From IMG/VR virus record IMGVR_UViG_3300015244_001866, positions 1 through 64,000 of that record: DNA of 64,000 nt; one strand, given 5' to 3'. Origin of the DNA: a virus. Below are positions 30,033 through 40,821 of the stretch, piece by piece. How positions within the stretch are numbered: position 1 is the stretch's first letter; every line of letters starts with the position of its first letter. A program made the position numbers and the translations under genes. A model generated the notes under the pieces. The model saw only the letters and a program-made list of their open reading frames with translations. It did no database searches and was not told the DNA's origin.

Positions 30033-33000
30033 ATGCCTGTTTCACCAAGTAATCCGTTATCAACACTGTTTAATTCTGGTGGACAGGCCTGTGTAAGAGA
30101 CTCTACAGTTTCAACAGGAACCACCACTGGTGCTCTTACGGTTGTAGGTGGTGTAGGTGTTGGCGGTAATCTAAACGTTGGCTGCCAACTGACTGTGGGC
30201 TATGGCGCCTTAAGAAGGAGTACAGGGCTAGCCAATCTAGCCATAGGTACCTGTGCATTATATTGCAACATTACCGGAGGCAATAATGTTGCAATTGGAT
30301 GTAACGCATTAAGTGCTAACTTGTGCGGCAATAACAACATTGCCATAGGCACCGGTACATTAAGATTAAATATTCACGGTTCAAATAACCTTGCCATTGG
30401 ATGCTTTGCACTAACAAATAATACCACAGGTTGTAGCAACGTTGCTATCGGAGCCTTCGCACTTTATTCAAATACAACTGGTATTGACAATATTGCTATT
30501 GGTACTTCGGCATTATTCTGTAATAGTGGTGCTGGTGGTTTTCAAAACATCGGAATAGGTCAATTTGCTCTTTATAGGTCCACGTCTGGCATTGGCAACG
30601 TTGCCATTGGTGCATGTGCTCTTCTATGTTATCAAGGCGGAGGGGCAGATGGCATGGTTGCAGTTGGTTATCTTGCCGCCGCTCTTGCAAGAGGCGGTTG
30701 TCAAAATGTTGCAGTTGGTTCACAAGCTCTCTATTGTATCACTGATGGTTGTAAAAACGTTGCAATTGGTACTAGTGCTCTTGCATACGCTTGTAATAAT
30801 AGCAACAATACCGCAATTGGTACTAGTGCTCTCCTCTATAATTGCAACAACAACAATACCGCAATTGGTTCTCAAGCACTCTGTTATAATACTTTTGGCC
30901 ATAGTAACGTTGCTATTGGTAACGGTGCATTGTCTTCCAATACTAATGGTAGTTATAATATTGGTATTGGCCTTGGTGCTGGAAGCGCAATTACTACTGG
31001 ATCTTTTAATGTTGTCATAGGCTCAACATCAAGCAGTCAAATTGCTACAGGCAGTTGCTATGTGGTCATAGCTGACGGTACTGGTACTGTTCGACAAGTA
31101 TGGTCCGGTACCGGTGCTCTAAGCATAGGCCCAACTTATACTAATGTAGGTACTAGCGGACAGGTATTATGCAGTCAAGGACCTGGTAGTCCTCCTGCCT
31201 GGGCCACTGTCAGTGCTGGCGGCGGCATAGGTTCTGCACTGCCAACATCAACTGGTACAGTATTTGCCTATACACCGATAACAAATTGTAATATTTCTTT
31301 AGGTTATTGTTCTGGTAATATCACTACCACTGGTAATAATAATATTGCCATAGGTGTCTGTGCTCTAGTGGCCAATACCACTGGGTACGGAAACGTTGCG
31401 ATTGGCGGCTGTGGTTCACTGAGTTTAAACAACACTGGTTATCAAAACGTTGCAATAGGCCAATATAGTTTATGTGCCAATACTTTTGGTCATAATAACG
31501 TTGCCATCGGCGCCCGTGCTCTATATAATAATGCTAGCGGTAATTATAACATAGGCATAGGATATTATGCGTATTCTGGCATTAACGGCAATAGCAATAT
31601 TGCTATTGGTAATATTACTCAGTTTGGTGGTGGCGGAGGTGGTTATGGAAATATTTCGCTAGGCGACTGCACATTACGGAACAACACTGCCGGCTGTCAT
31701 AATTTTGCAGTCGGCTTGAATGCCCTTTATAATAATACAACCGGTTTACATAACTTTGCTGTTGGTTACTGCACACTGCATGCCAACACAGGAGGCAGTA
31801 GCAACGTAGCAATTGGTCTATGTTCGCTACGTGCAAATATTGCCGGAAATAGTAACATTGCTATCGGCGAATTGGCATTATTCTGCAATATTACTAGCCA
31901 TAATATTGCATTGGGTTATCGCACCCTTTACTCTAACACAGGCGGTAATCTTAATATTGCTATAGGATGTTGTGCTTTATATGCCAATGTCACTGGCATT
32001 AGTAATCTTGCCATCGGCCATCACGCACTTGCTTCAAACGTTTCTGGTTGTGCTAATATTGCCATCGGAACTTGTGCTTTATATTGCAATAGCTATGGAA
32101 TACGAAACTTGGCTCTGGGACAAGGCGCATTACAGGCTAATATCAGTGGATGCCAAAACACCGCAATTGGACATACTGCACTGTGTTCAAACGTCTCTGG
32201 AACACATAATGTTGCTATCGGTAATGCCGCAGGCGAAGGTATACTCGGAGGTAAAAATGTTGCCATAGGACCATATACACTCCAAGATTCTGGTCTTAAT
32301 TCCAGCAATATAGCCATTGGTTATGGCTCTTTACAAAAATCTGTTAGTAGTTGCGGCAACGTTGCTATTGGCGACAGTTCGTTGAGATGCAATTTAACTG
32401 GCTGTGCCAACGTTGCTATCGGACACTCTGCACTAACTAATAATCAAGCTGGTTGCAATAACGTTGCCATTGGATATCACACTCTTTACTGTAATACTGG
32501 GGGAAGTCGCAATGTAGTAATAGGCCTTAGTGCTGGATGCTTTATTACTACAGGCTCATATAATGTAGTCATTGGTAATACAGCCACAGGTGAGTTATCT
32601 ACGGCCAGTTGCTATGTGGTCATAGCTGATGGACGCGGTTGTATTAGAGAGGTATGGTCGGGTACTGGTGCACTAAGCGTTGGTGCCAGCTACACCAACG
32701 TAGGTACTAGCGGACAGGTATTATGCAGTCAGGGACCTGGTAGTCCTCCTGCCTGGGCTACTGTCAGTGTTAATGTGGGTATAGGTAGTGCAACCCCAAC
32801 TACCACTGGCACTGTGTATGCTTATACACCCGTTACAAATTGTAATATTTCTCTAGGCTACTGCTCAGGTAACGTTACTACCACTGGCGCACATAACGTT
32901 GCCATAGGTAAAGGTGCGTTAATTGCCAACACTACTGGCAAAAACAACATTGCCATTGGTTGTGCGGCATTATTCTGCAATACTTCTGGAATTAATAACA

Positions 33001-36000
33001 TTGCATTAGGCCAGTATGGTTTGTGTGCTAATACTACTGGCGAAAATAACTTTGGCGCAGGTTATGGTGTTCTTACCTGCAACACCTCAGGCTCTAATAA
33101 CATTGCTATTGGCTGTGGTACATTAAAATCCAATACCACAGGCTCTAATAACATTGCATTAGGCCGGTTTAGTTTATGTATTAATACTACCGGCTCAAAT
33201 AACTTTGCCGCTGGATACGGTACTCTTAGAACTAATACTGGTTCTCAAAATATTGCCATTGGATTCTGTGCCCTTGCCGCTAATATAACCGGTACTAATA
33301 ATTTTGCACTGGGTCATCAAGCACTAGCCGCAAATACTAGTGGTAGTAATAACGTTGCCATAGGCACTGGTACACTGGCCGCAAACACGCTAGGTACTGA
33401 CAATTTTGCCATGGGATATCTGTCACTATGCAGTAACACCAGCGGCAGTAATAATATTGCTCTAGGTAACTCTGCGTTACTATCAAATACTATCGGATCT
33501 CATAACTTTGCAGCCGGTAATTTAGCACTAAGAAATAACTCAACCGGCATAAGCAACACAGCTATTGGTCAATTTGCCCTCTACAATAATACCACTGGCG
33601 TTAATAACACCGCTATTGGTGCTTGTTCTCTCTACAATAATACTATTGGAACAAGCAATGTTGCTATTGGTGTTGGCTCTCTCCAATGTAATACCACCGG
33701 TATTGATAATACTGCTATTGGTTGTCTTGCACTCTTTTCTAACACAAGCGGTATTAATAATATAGCATTAGGAAACACGGCACTAAGGAATAATACCACA
33801 GGTGTTAATAATATTGCCATAGGTACCGGTACACTGGCCGCAAATACCCTAGGCTCAAATAACTTTGCCGCTGGATGTCTTGCCCTTTGTTCAAATATCT
33901 CTGGTAATAGTAATTTTGCAGTAGGTGCTAGTGCGTTAAAATCAAATACTAGCGGTAACAATAATATTGCCATTGGTACCGGTACACTGGCCGCAAATAC
34001 CCTAGGCTCAAATAACTTTGCCGCTGGATGTCTTGCCCTTTGTTCAAATATCTCTGGTAATAGTAATTTTGCAGTAGGTGCTAGTGCGTTAAAATCAAAT
34101 ACTAGCGGTAACAATAATATTGCCATTGGTGGCTTTGCCCTCAGTTGTACTAATACTGGTTCTCATAATACTGCTCTAGGTACTGGTACACTTCAATATG
34201 GTTCAACCGGTTGCAACAATTTTGCCGTAGGCTGTCAAGCCCTTAATAATGCCTGCGGATCCAATAATTTTGCAGTGGGACCAGGAGTCTTATACGGATG
34301 TAATGTTAGCTATGGCGCAACTAACACAGGCAATAACAATATAGGTATTGGTTATCAAACATTACTTTTTACTCAAGCTGGTAATAATAATGTTGGTTTT
34401 GGATGTAGCGTATTAAGATATAATACTGCTGGGTCAAGTAATATTGCCATAGGCGCCTGCGCACTTGTTTTCAACTGTGCATCTAATAATATTGCCATAG
34501 GCAGTAGTACTTTATATTCAAATACTATAGGTACAAATAATATTGCTTTTGGAAATCAGGCGCTGACTAAGAATACAACTGGATGTAGTAACGTAGCTAT
34601 CGGAGCCTGCGCACTTTTTTGCAATACCATTGGAAATAATAACACCGCTATTGGGTGTAATGCATTGTGTTTTAATACCACAGGTATTAATAATATTGCC
34701 ATTGGCAACGGTTCATTAACTGCCAACACTATCGGCTACGGTAACACAGCGTTGGGAAGTCAAGCATTATTCTGCAATACTACAGGCAAGAATAACGTTG
34801 CTATCGGCACTGAGGCACTATGTCTAAACATTACCGGTATTAATAACGTTGCAATTGGAAATCTTGCATTAAGATGTAACTGTGCCTCTAATAACGTTGC
34901 AATAGGTATTAACGTCCTAGCTAAAAATACCGTAGGTTGTAGTAACTTTGGCGCTGTTCAAGGCGCATTATACGGTAACCTAACAGGTTGTAACAATACC
35001 GCTATTGGTCTATGCGCTTTATGTGCTAACACCTACGGTCATAACAACGTTGCCATTGGTTCAATAGCAATGTGTCTTAACACCAGCGGTTCAGATAACT
35101 TTGCTGTTGGATTTAATTCACTAGGTGCAAACTTAACCGGAACTAGTAACGTAGCAATTGGCAGCTATGCGTTGTCCGGTAACCAAAACGGTATTCAAAA
35201 CGTTGCAATCGGCAAATGTGCAATGCAGTCTGCGGTTGGTGGCTTACGAAACGTAGCAATTGGCGAACAGGCATTGACCTTTAATTGCGGCAACTATAAC
35301 TTTGCTGTCGGTTATCAAGCGTTGTACTTTAACTTAACTGGTAACAATAACTTTGCTGTTGGCTATCAAGCATTGTTCAATAATAAAATTGGAAACAATA
35401 ACATTGCTATAGGGTGTGCGCTATGTGCTAACACAGCTGGTAACTATAACGTTGCACTTGGACTGTGTGCATTAAATTCTAACACGACTGGTAATAGTAA
35501 TTTTGCAGTAGGTGCTAGTGCGTTAGTATCAAATACTAGCGGTAACAATAATATTGCCATAGGCACTGGCACATTGTCCGCAAATACCCTGGGCTCAAAT
35601 AACTTTGCCGCTGGATGCCTTGCCCTTTGTTCAAATATTTCTGGTTGTAGCAATGTTGCTATAGGTTTTTGTGCATTAACTGCCAATACTACCGGTGTTG
35701 GTAATCTAGCATTAGGATATGGTGCATTAAAAACCAACGTCAGCGGATGTGCAAATACCGCAATTGGCTGTCTTGCACTATCATTAAACAACTCAGGTGT
35801 TAATAATATTGCCATTGGAGATAAGGCGTTATGCACTAATACCTACGGTGGTAATAACATAGCTATTGGTTGTGCCGCATTGATATTAAACACCACAGGA
35901 TGCAATAATATAGCGTTAGGATGGGCGTCGTTATCAAACAACACTAGCGGAAATAATAACATAGGCATCGGTTTCTTTGCAGGTATAAGCAATAAGACTG

Positions 36001-37520
36001 GCAATAATAATATAGCCATTGGTTGTCTTGCCCTCTGTGGAAATACAGCCAGCAATAATATTGCATTAGGCACGTGTGCTCTAAGATGCAATCTAACTGG
36101 TTGTGATAACATTGCAATAGGCTATGGCGCACTACTTTTAAATACCTACGGTAATAATAATACTGCCATTGGTTGCTACACCCTCTGCGCCAATACTACT
36201 GGTTGTCATAACACTGCTATTGGCGCAGGTGCGCTTCGTGCAAATACCTCTGGAAGAAACAACATTGCCATAGGCACTGGTACACTGGCCGCAAATACCC
36301 TAGGCTCAAATAACTTTGCCGCAGGTTGTAAAGCACTGGGCAACAATTCTACTGGTTGTAGCAATGTTGCTATAGGTTTTTGTGCATTAATATCAAACAC
36401 CACTGGAAGTAATAATACAGCTATTGGCTACGGTTCATTAAGTACAAATACCAGCGGCACTGATAATATTGCCATAGGATTTGGCGCACTTCGTTTAAAT
36501 AATGCCGGCGCTAATAATGTAGCGTTAGGACAAACTGCCCTATGTAATAACACATCTGGGGGGAATAATGTAGCCATTGGATACGGTACGTTAAAATGTA
36601 ATACTACTAATTATAATAACATTGCTATTGGTTGTAAAGCATTAAACTGCGCTACTGGTCAAAATAACATAGCATTTGGCGTATGTGCAGGCTACTGGAT
36701 CAATACTGGTTCAAACAATGTAGTCATAGGCGGTACAGGCACTATAGAACTGGCCAATAGCTGTTGCTATGTGGTCCTAGCTGATGGCACTGGAACAGTT
36801 AAGCAGGTATGGTCAGGTACAGGTGCTCTAAGTGTTGGTGCTAGTTACACCAATGTAGGTACCACAGGTCAAGTATTATGCAGTCAAGGACCTGGACTAC
36901 CTCCTGCCTGGGCCACAGTCAGTGCTGGAACCAGTCTAAGTCCAACTACAGGTACTATCAACCTTTCAGAACAGATTGTTAATGCGGCAACTACTACTTT
37001 TGCCATTGTAGGCGGCTACAGTGTAGGAAAAATACAGGTATTTGCCAACGGTATTAATTTGGCCAACAACGATTTTACCGCTACTGACGGTACCTACGTG
37101 GTATTAAACAGGGCAAGAAACGTTAATGATGTCATGCGATTTCAAGCATTTACAAATGGCTTTTCATCTACTAGTACCGCAGTTTATTCTGTAAATGAGT
37201 TTCCGGCATCGGCAAATCAAAGTGTATTTACTGCCACTTACAACGTTGGGGCAACTGAAGTATTTTTAAACGGTATACAGCTTGCTCAATCTGATTATGC
37301 CGCGGCAAACGGAACAACCATTGTTCTAACAACGGGATCTGGAGTAGTTGCAGGATCTAGATTGCGGGTTATGAGTTTTAACACCTTAAATGTTGTAGGA
37401 GCTCTGCCATTATCTGGCGGAACTGTAGTGGGAACAGTAAATGTTCAAGGAACCCTACAACAACAAGGAACACCTATATTAGCCCTACAGGCAGCCATGT
37501 CGCTGGCTTTGGGTAGTTAA
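30033..37520 (+). CDS. Giant Cys-rich fibre protein with YadA-head-like repeats
   Basis: 2495 aa; three blocks of NxAIG repeats separated by a conserved connector; two C-terminal V(F)xNG domains; ends AAMSLALGS. Confidence 0.82.
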   Translation: MPVSPSNPLSTLFNSGGQACVRDSTVSTGTTTGALTVVGGVGVGGNLNVGCQLTVGYGALRRSTGLANLAIGTCALYCNITGGNNVAIGCNALSANLCGNNNIAIGTGTLRLNIHGSNNLAIGCFALTNNTTGCSNVAIGAFALYSNTTGIDNIAIGTSALFCNSGAGGFQNIGIGQFALYRSTSGIGNVAIGACALLCYQGGGADGMVAVGYLAAALARGGCQNVAVGSQALYCITDGCKNVAIGTSALAYACNNSNNTAIGTSALLYNCNNNNTAIGSQALCYNTFGHSNVAIGNGALSSNTNGSYNIGIGLGAGSAITTGSFNVVIGSTSSSQIATGSCYVVIADGTGTVRQVWSGTGALSIGPTYTNVGTSGQVLCSQGPGSPPAWATVSAGGGIGSALPTSTGTVFAYTPITNCNISLGYCSGNITTTGNNNIAIGVCALVANTTGYGNVAIGGCGSLSLNNTGYQNVAIGQYSLCANTFGHNNVAIGARALYNNASGNYNIGIGYYAYSGINGNSNIAIGNITQFGGGGGGYGNISLGDCTLRNNTAGCHNFAVGLNALYNNTTGLHNFAVGYCTLHANTGGSSNVAIGLCSLRANIAGNSNIAIGELALFCNITSHNIALGYRTLYSNTGGNLNIAIGCCALYANVTGISNLAIGHHALASNVSGCANIAIGTCALYCNSYGIRNLALGQGALQANISGCQNTAIGHTALCSNVSGTHNVAIGNAAGEGILGGKNVAIGPYTLQDSGLNSSNIAIGYGSLQKSVSSCGNVAIGDSSLRCNLTGCANVAIGHSALTNNQAGCNNVAIGYHTLYCNTGGSRNVVIGLSAGCFITTGSYNVVIGNTATGELSTASCYVVIADGRGCIREVWSGTGALSVGASYTNVGTSGQVLCSQGPGSPPAWATVSVNVGIGSATPTTTGTVYAYTPVTNCNISLGYCSGNVTTTGAHNVAIGKGALIANTTGKNNIAIGCAALFCNTSGINNIALGQYGLCANTTGENNFGAGYGVLTCNTSGSNNIAIGCGTLKSNTTGSNNIALGRFSLCINTTGSNNFAAGYGTLRTNTGSQNIAIGFCALAANITGTNNFALGHQALAANTSGSNNVAIGTGTLAANTLGTDNFAMGYLSLCSNTSGSNNIALGNSALLSNTIGSHNFAAGNLALRNNSTGISNTAIGQFALYNNTTGVNNTAIGACSLYNNTIGTSNVAIGVGSLQCNTTGIDNTAIGCLALFSNTSGINNIALGNTALRNNTTGVNNIAIGTGTLAANTLGSNNFAAGCLALCSNISGNSNFAVGASALKSNTSGNNNIAIGTGTLAANTLGSNNFAAGCLALCSNISGNSNFAVGASALKSNTSGNNNIAIGGFALSCTNTGSHNTALGTGTLQYGSTGCNNFAVGCQALNNACGSNNFAVGPGVLYGCNVSYGATNTGNNNIGIGYQTLLFTQAGNNNVGFGCSVLRYNTAGSSNIAIGACALVFNCASNNIAIGSSTLYSNTIGTNNIAFGNQALTKNTTGCSNVAIGACALFCNTIGNNNTAIGCNALCFNTTGINNIAIGNGSLTANTIGYGNTALGSQALFCNTTGKNNVAIGTEALCLNITGINNVAIGNLALRCNCASNNVAIGINVLAKNTVGCSNFGAVQGALYGNLTGCNNTAIGLCALCANTYGHNNVAIGSIAMCLNTSGSDNFAVGFNSLGANLTGTSNVAIGSYALSGNQNGIQNVAIGKCAMQSAVGGLRNVAIGEQALTFNCGNYNFAVGYQALYFNLTGNNNFAVGYQALFNNKIGNNNIAIGCALCANTAGNYNVALGLCALNSNTTGNSNFAVGASALVSNTSGNNNIAIGTGTLSANTLGSNNFAAGCLALCSNISGCSNVAIGFCALTANTTGVGNLALGYGALKTNVSGCANTAIGCLALSLNNSGVNNIAIGDKALCTNTYGGNNIAIGCAALILNTTGCNNIALGWASLSNNTSGNNNIGIGFFAGISNKTGNNNIAIGCLALCGNTASNNIALGTCALRCNLTGCDNIAIGYGALLLNTYGNNNTAIGCYTLCANTTGCHNTAIGAGALRANTSGRNNIAIGTGTLAANTLGSNNFAAGCKALGNNSTGCSNVAIGFCALISNTTGSNNTAIGYGSLSTNTSGTDNIAIGFGALRLNNAGANNVALGQTALCNNTSGGNNVAIGYGTLKCNTTNYNNIAIGCKALNCATGQNNIAFGVCAGYWINTGSNNVVIGGTGTIELANSCCYVVLADGTGTVKQVWSGTGALSVGASYTNVGTTGQVLCSQGPGLPPAWATVSAGTSLSPTTGTINLSEQIVNAATTTFAIVGGYSVGKIQVFANGINLANNDFTATDGTYVVLNRARNVNDVMRFQAFTNGFSSTSTAVYSVNEFPASANQSVFTATYNVGATEVFLNGIQLAQSDYAAANGTTIVLTTGSGVVAGSRLRVMSFNTLNVVGALPLSGGTVVGTVNVQGTLQQQGTPILALQAAMSLALGS
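33822..34127. repeat. Exact in-frame 153-bp tandem duplication (51 aa, three beta-roll turns)
   Basis: Copies start at 33822 and 33975; diverged copies near 35490-35690 and 36260-36390. Confidence 0.93.
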
Positions 37521-37557
37521 TATAGATAAGTAATAGAAATATTGGAGATTTTTAGTT

Positions 37558-40500
37558 ATGGCTAAACAGCTTATAAGAACATACACATTTGCACCAGGAT
37601 CACCTGGCATTATTGTCATTCCTGGCAAATGGGATTTAAATCAAATTTTACTGATAACTAACGCAACTCGCAATGTGTTTTTGTATAATTTTGCAGATGC
37701 TACCTATTCAGGCACCAGTGTGAGTTTCAGCAGAGCTAACAGTACTGCTTTTCCTACCACACTGAATAATACTGATGGACTAACAACTATTACCCTAACT
37801 GGTAATACATCAGCGCAGTCCGCTAGTGATAACCTCCAAATATTTGTAGAGCGCAATGAAGTAATTACTCGACCATGGCCCATGGGCACAGATGCGTTTG
37901 AACGTACTCGTGTTGCCGCCCCTAAGGCCATGATTGATGCTGACTTTGAATACGGACTGCAACCCACTAAATGGCAAACGCTTGAAACTTTAAGAAATTA
38001 TCCAAGTTTCTATGAAGTTCCAGGAACTGAAATTTCAAACATTTCAATCACCACAAATGCATCGGGCGGCCCCACTGGCTCGGCTACCAGCGCTAGCTTA
38101 ATAACCATAGTTACGCCTAGCCCGCACTATCTAACAGCTGGTACTGCAATTGCTGTCAAAGGCCTGCTCAGCGGCGTCACTGCCTTTAGTCGAGCAGAAG
38201 GTAGTTTCTTAATTAACACTGTGCCCAACGGTAATGCAATAACCTATTTTGCCAAGGGCAAAGTAGGCACAACCGACGGAGAAAGGCTGGACACTGTATA
38301 TGCTCAAATTAGACGTGCGGCTCTATTTACTGGGTCGGCCATCAGCACAGGCACATTTAGTATCATTGGTGGCGGTGTTAGCTCGACTGCTACCATACAG
38401 GTAAGCTTCCCTACTGACCACGGCCTGTTTCCGGGTGCTACCATTTACACACAGCTTAATAGCGACAACGGCAGTAACAATCACGTACTGGCACAAGGTT
38501 CATTTTTTGTAACTACAGTTACCAATACTTCAACCGTACAATACTCGGCCAGAGCCCCTGGAAGTATCACTGGAACTCCGATTGGCGTGGTATATGCTCG
38601 TCCGGACTGTTTCTTTCAACATAGACCATTTGACGGTGGAGTCCAACTCGGCACAGGCAATCCTACCTACATGACCAGTGCGGTACGTATGAGTAAAAAA
38701 TACATACGTTACCAGTCAGGTAAGTCTATTAACTACAACACCGGCGCCCTATTTGCTCCAAACTATGACATTAGAAGTATCACAGCCACTAATACCATTG
38801 TAGGTAGTACAGTGTTTGTGACCACAGATGATGTTGATCACGGCCTACAACCCACTGCTGTAATACAGCTTCAAGGCGTAACAACCACCGGTTACAATGT
38901 CACTGCCACAGTGACCAGTGTTATTGATGAACGAACATTTACCTATATAACTAACACTGCACTAAGTGCCACTACCGCAGTTCTTGGAACTCCTTGCTTG
39001 ATGAGTCATGTGTCCTGGCATGGTTCAACTGTTCGTGCAGGCACATTTGATGAACAAAATGGCATGTTCTGGCAATATGACGGTTCACAAATGGCCCTGG
39101 GACAGCGCACTAGTACGCTACAGACAGCAGGAACAATTACAGTTATACCAGATTCAAATTTAATTGTTGGCCAAAACACTCGATTTACAGATCAATTAGT
39201 TGCGGGAGATCGTGTGGTAATTCGAGGAATGACACACTCAGTAAGTAAGGTTACCAGCGCCACTTGGTTAAGTGTAACGCCTGACTATAGAGGTATAACT
39301 ACCAGCACTGGTGTAAAGATGCTTAAAACTAGAGATATTTTATATCCTCAAAACCAATGGAATCTTGATCGTTGCGACGGTACCAATGGAGTATATAATC
39401 CCAGTGGATACCTATTACTGCCCAATAAAATGCAGATGATTGGCATGCAATGGACATGGTACGGTGCTGGATTTATTGACTGGATGCTACGGGGCCCAGA
39501 CGGAAATTACCTCACTGTACATCGCCAAAAAAACTCTAACGTTAATACCGAGGCCTATATGCGTTCCGGTAACATGCCTGTGCGCTACGAAGTTATCAAT
39601 GAAGGGGCACGTAGTCAAATTACTACAGATATAAGTTCGGCCGCAGTTGCCATGACTGTTACTGATGTTACCTATTTTCCTAACACTGGTACTGTGTATA
39701 TTGATAACGAGCTAATATCTTTTACAGGTAAGAATACTACCACTAGTCAATTAACTGGTCTAACTCGCGGAACTACATTGGGCTTATATGCAGGTGGCAC
39801 AACTAGGACATTTTCAGCAGCCGGTGCTGTAGCACACACTACCAACACCGGAGTCATGCTGATAAGTCAAACTGCAACACCTACTATTAGTCACTGGGGT
39901 AGTGCTATGTTACAAGATGGCGGATTTGATGAGGATCGCGGTTATATCTTTAACTATCAAGCTAGTAACATCTCCGCCCAGCTACGAAAGACCACTGCAT
40001 TTGCTATTCGATTAGCACCTAGTGTGAGTAACGCCCTAGTTGGTGATCTTGGACAGCGTGAATTGATTAATCGAGCACAGTTGTTATTGCAGAGTGTTGC
40101 GGTAACTGCAGGTGCTGCCGGAGCTAACCAAGCTATTGTAGTTGAGGGAGTATTAAATCCCAGTAACTATCCAACAACAGCCACTAATATTGTTTGGAAA
40201 ACATTAACTTCTGGCGGCCAACCTAGCTTTAGCCAAATTGCTGACGGTCGTGACATTGCATGGGACAATACGGCTACAATTCTTGGTGTGTCATTTACTG
40301 GTGTCGCCAACGTTACTGGCACAGTTACAGTATCAGTTAATACCACAGCCACTATAAGGATTGGTGATTCTTTTGTATCAACTGGCACAGCAGGCGGAAC
40401 AATTATTACAGCCATAGGGGCAGGGGTTTTAACGTTGAGTCAACCATTACCATCTGCGGTTGGCGCTGGACAGTCTATAACCGTTACGAGAAACCAATTT

Positions 40501-40716
40501 GCAACTCCGGGTGAAACAATCTTCTCATTCATTAATAGTCCATCCGGAACTGATTCGTTAGATCTAAGTGCCCTGAAAGAATTAACAAACACACCATTAG
40601 GCGGAAGAGGAGCATTTCCTAATGGACCAGACGTATTGGCTATCAATGTTTATGTTACACAGGGACAAAATATTCTCTCTAACCTAGTTCTACGTTGGGG
40701 TGAAGCACAGGCCTAA
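37558..40716 (+). CDS. Large virion structural protein
   Basis: 1052 aa; DAFERTRV...MIDADFEYGLQPTKW, YIRYQSGK and WYGAG motifs; SD GGAG; TAAGTA promoter variant at 37527. Confidence 0.75.
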   Translation: MAKQLIRTYTFAPGSPGIIVIPGKWDLNQILLITNATRNVFLYNFADATYSGTSVSFSRANSTAFPTTLNNTDGLTTITLTGNTSAQSASDNLQIFVERNEVITRPWPMGTDAFERTRVAAPKAMIDADFEYGLQPTKWQTLETLRNYPSFYEVPGTEISNISITTNASGGPTGSATSASLITIVTPSPHYLTAGTAIAVKGLLSGVTAFSRAEGSFLINTVPNGNAITYFAKGKVGTTDGERLDTVYAQIRRAALFTGSAISTGTFSIIGGGVSSTATIQVSFPTDHGLFPGATIYTQLNSDNGSNNHVLAQGSFFVTTVTNTSTVQYSARAPGSITGTPIGVVYARPDCFFQHRPFDGGVQLGTGNPTYMTSAVRMSKKYIRYQSGKSINYNTGALFAPNYDIRSITATNTIVGSTVFVTTDDVDHGLQPTAVIQLQGVTTTGYNVTATVTSVIDERTFTYITNTALSATTAVLGTPCLMSHVSWHGSTVRAGTFDEQNGMFWQYDGSQMALGQRTSTLQTAGTITVIPDSNLIVGQNTRFTDQLVAGDRVVIRGMTHSVSKVTSATWLSVTPDYRGITTSTGVKMLKTRDILYPQNQWNLDRCDGTNGVYNPSGYLLLPNKMQMIGMQWTWYGAGFIDWMLRGPDGNYLTVHRQKNSNVNTEAYMRSGNMPVRYEVINEGARSQITTDISSAAVAMTVTDVTYFPNTGTVYIDNELISFTGKNTTTSQLTGLTRGTTLGLYAGGTTRTFSAAGAVAHTTNTGVMLISQTATPTISHWGSAMLQDGGFDEDRGYIFNYQASNISAQLRKTTAFAIRLAPSVSNALVGDLGQRELINRAQLLLQSVAVTAGAAGANQAIVVEGVLNPSNYPTTATNIVWKTLTSGGQPSFSQIADGRDIAWDNTATILGVSFTGVANVTGTVTVSVNTTATIRIGDSFVSTGTAGGTIITAIGAGVLTLSQPLPSAVGAGQSITVTRNQFATPGETIFSFINSPSGTDSLDLSALKELTNTPLGGRGAFPNGPDVLAINVYVTQGQNILSNLVLRWGEAQA

Positions 40717-40752
40717 AATTTGGGTAAATACTCTAAAAGCGGAGCAAATACA

Positions 40753-40821
40753 ATGGCCAAGGCCTACAGTTGGTTACAATCTAATAAAATTCACACTCTC
40801 CTAGTGGAGTGCGACCTATGA
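40753..40821 (+). CDS. Putative 22-aa upstream peptide MAKAYSWLQSNKIHTLLVECDL
   Basis: TAAATA (40725), then GGAG (40741), then ATG (40753); its TGA overlaps the next ATG (ATGA). Confidence 0.4.
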   Translation: MAKAYSWLQSNKIHTLLVECDL

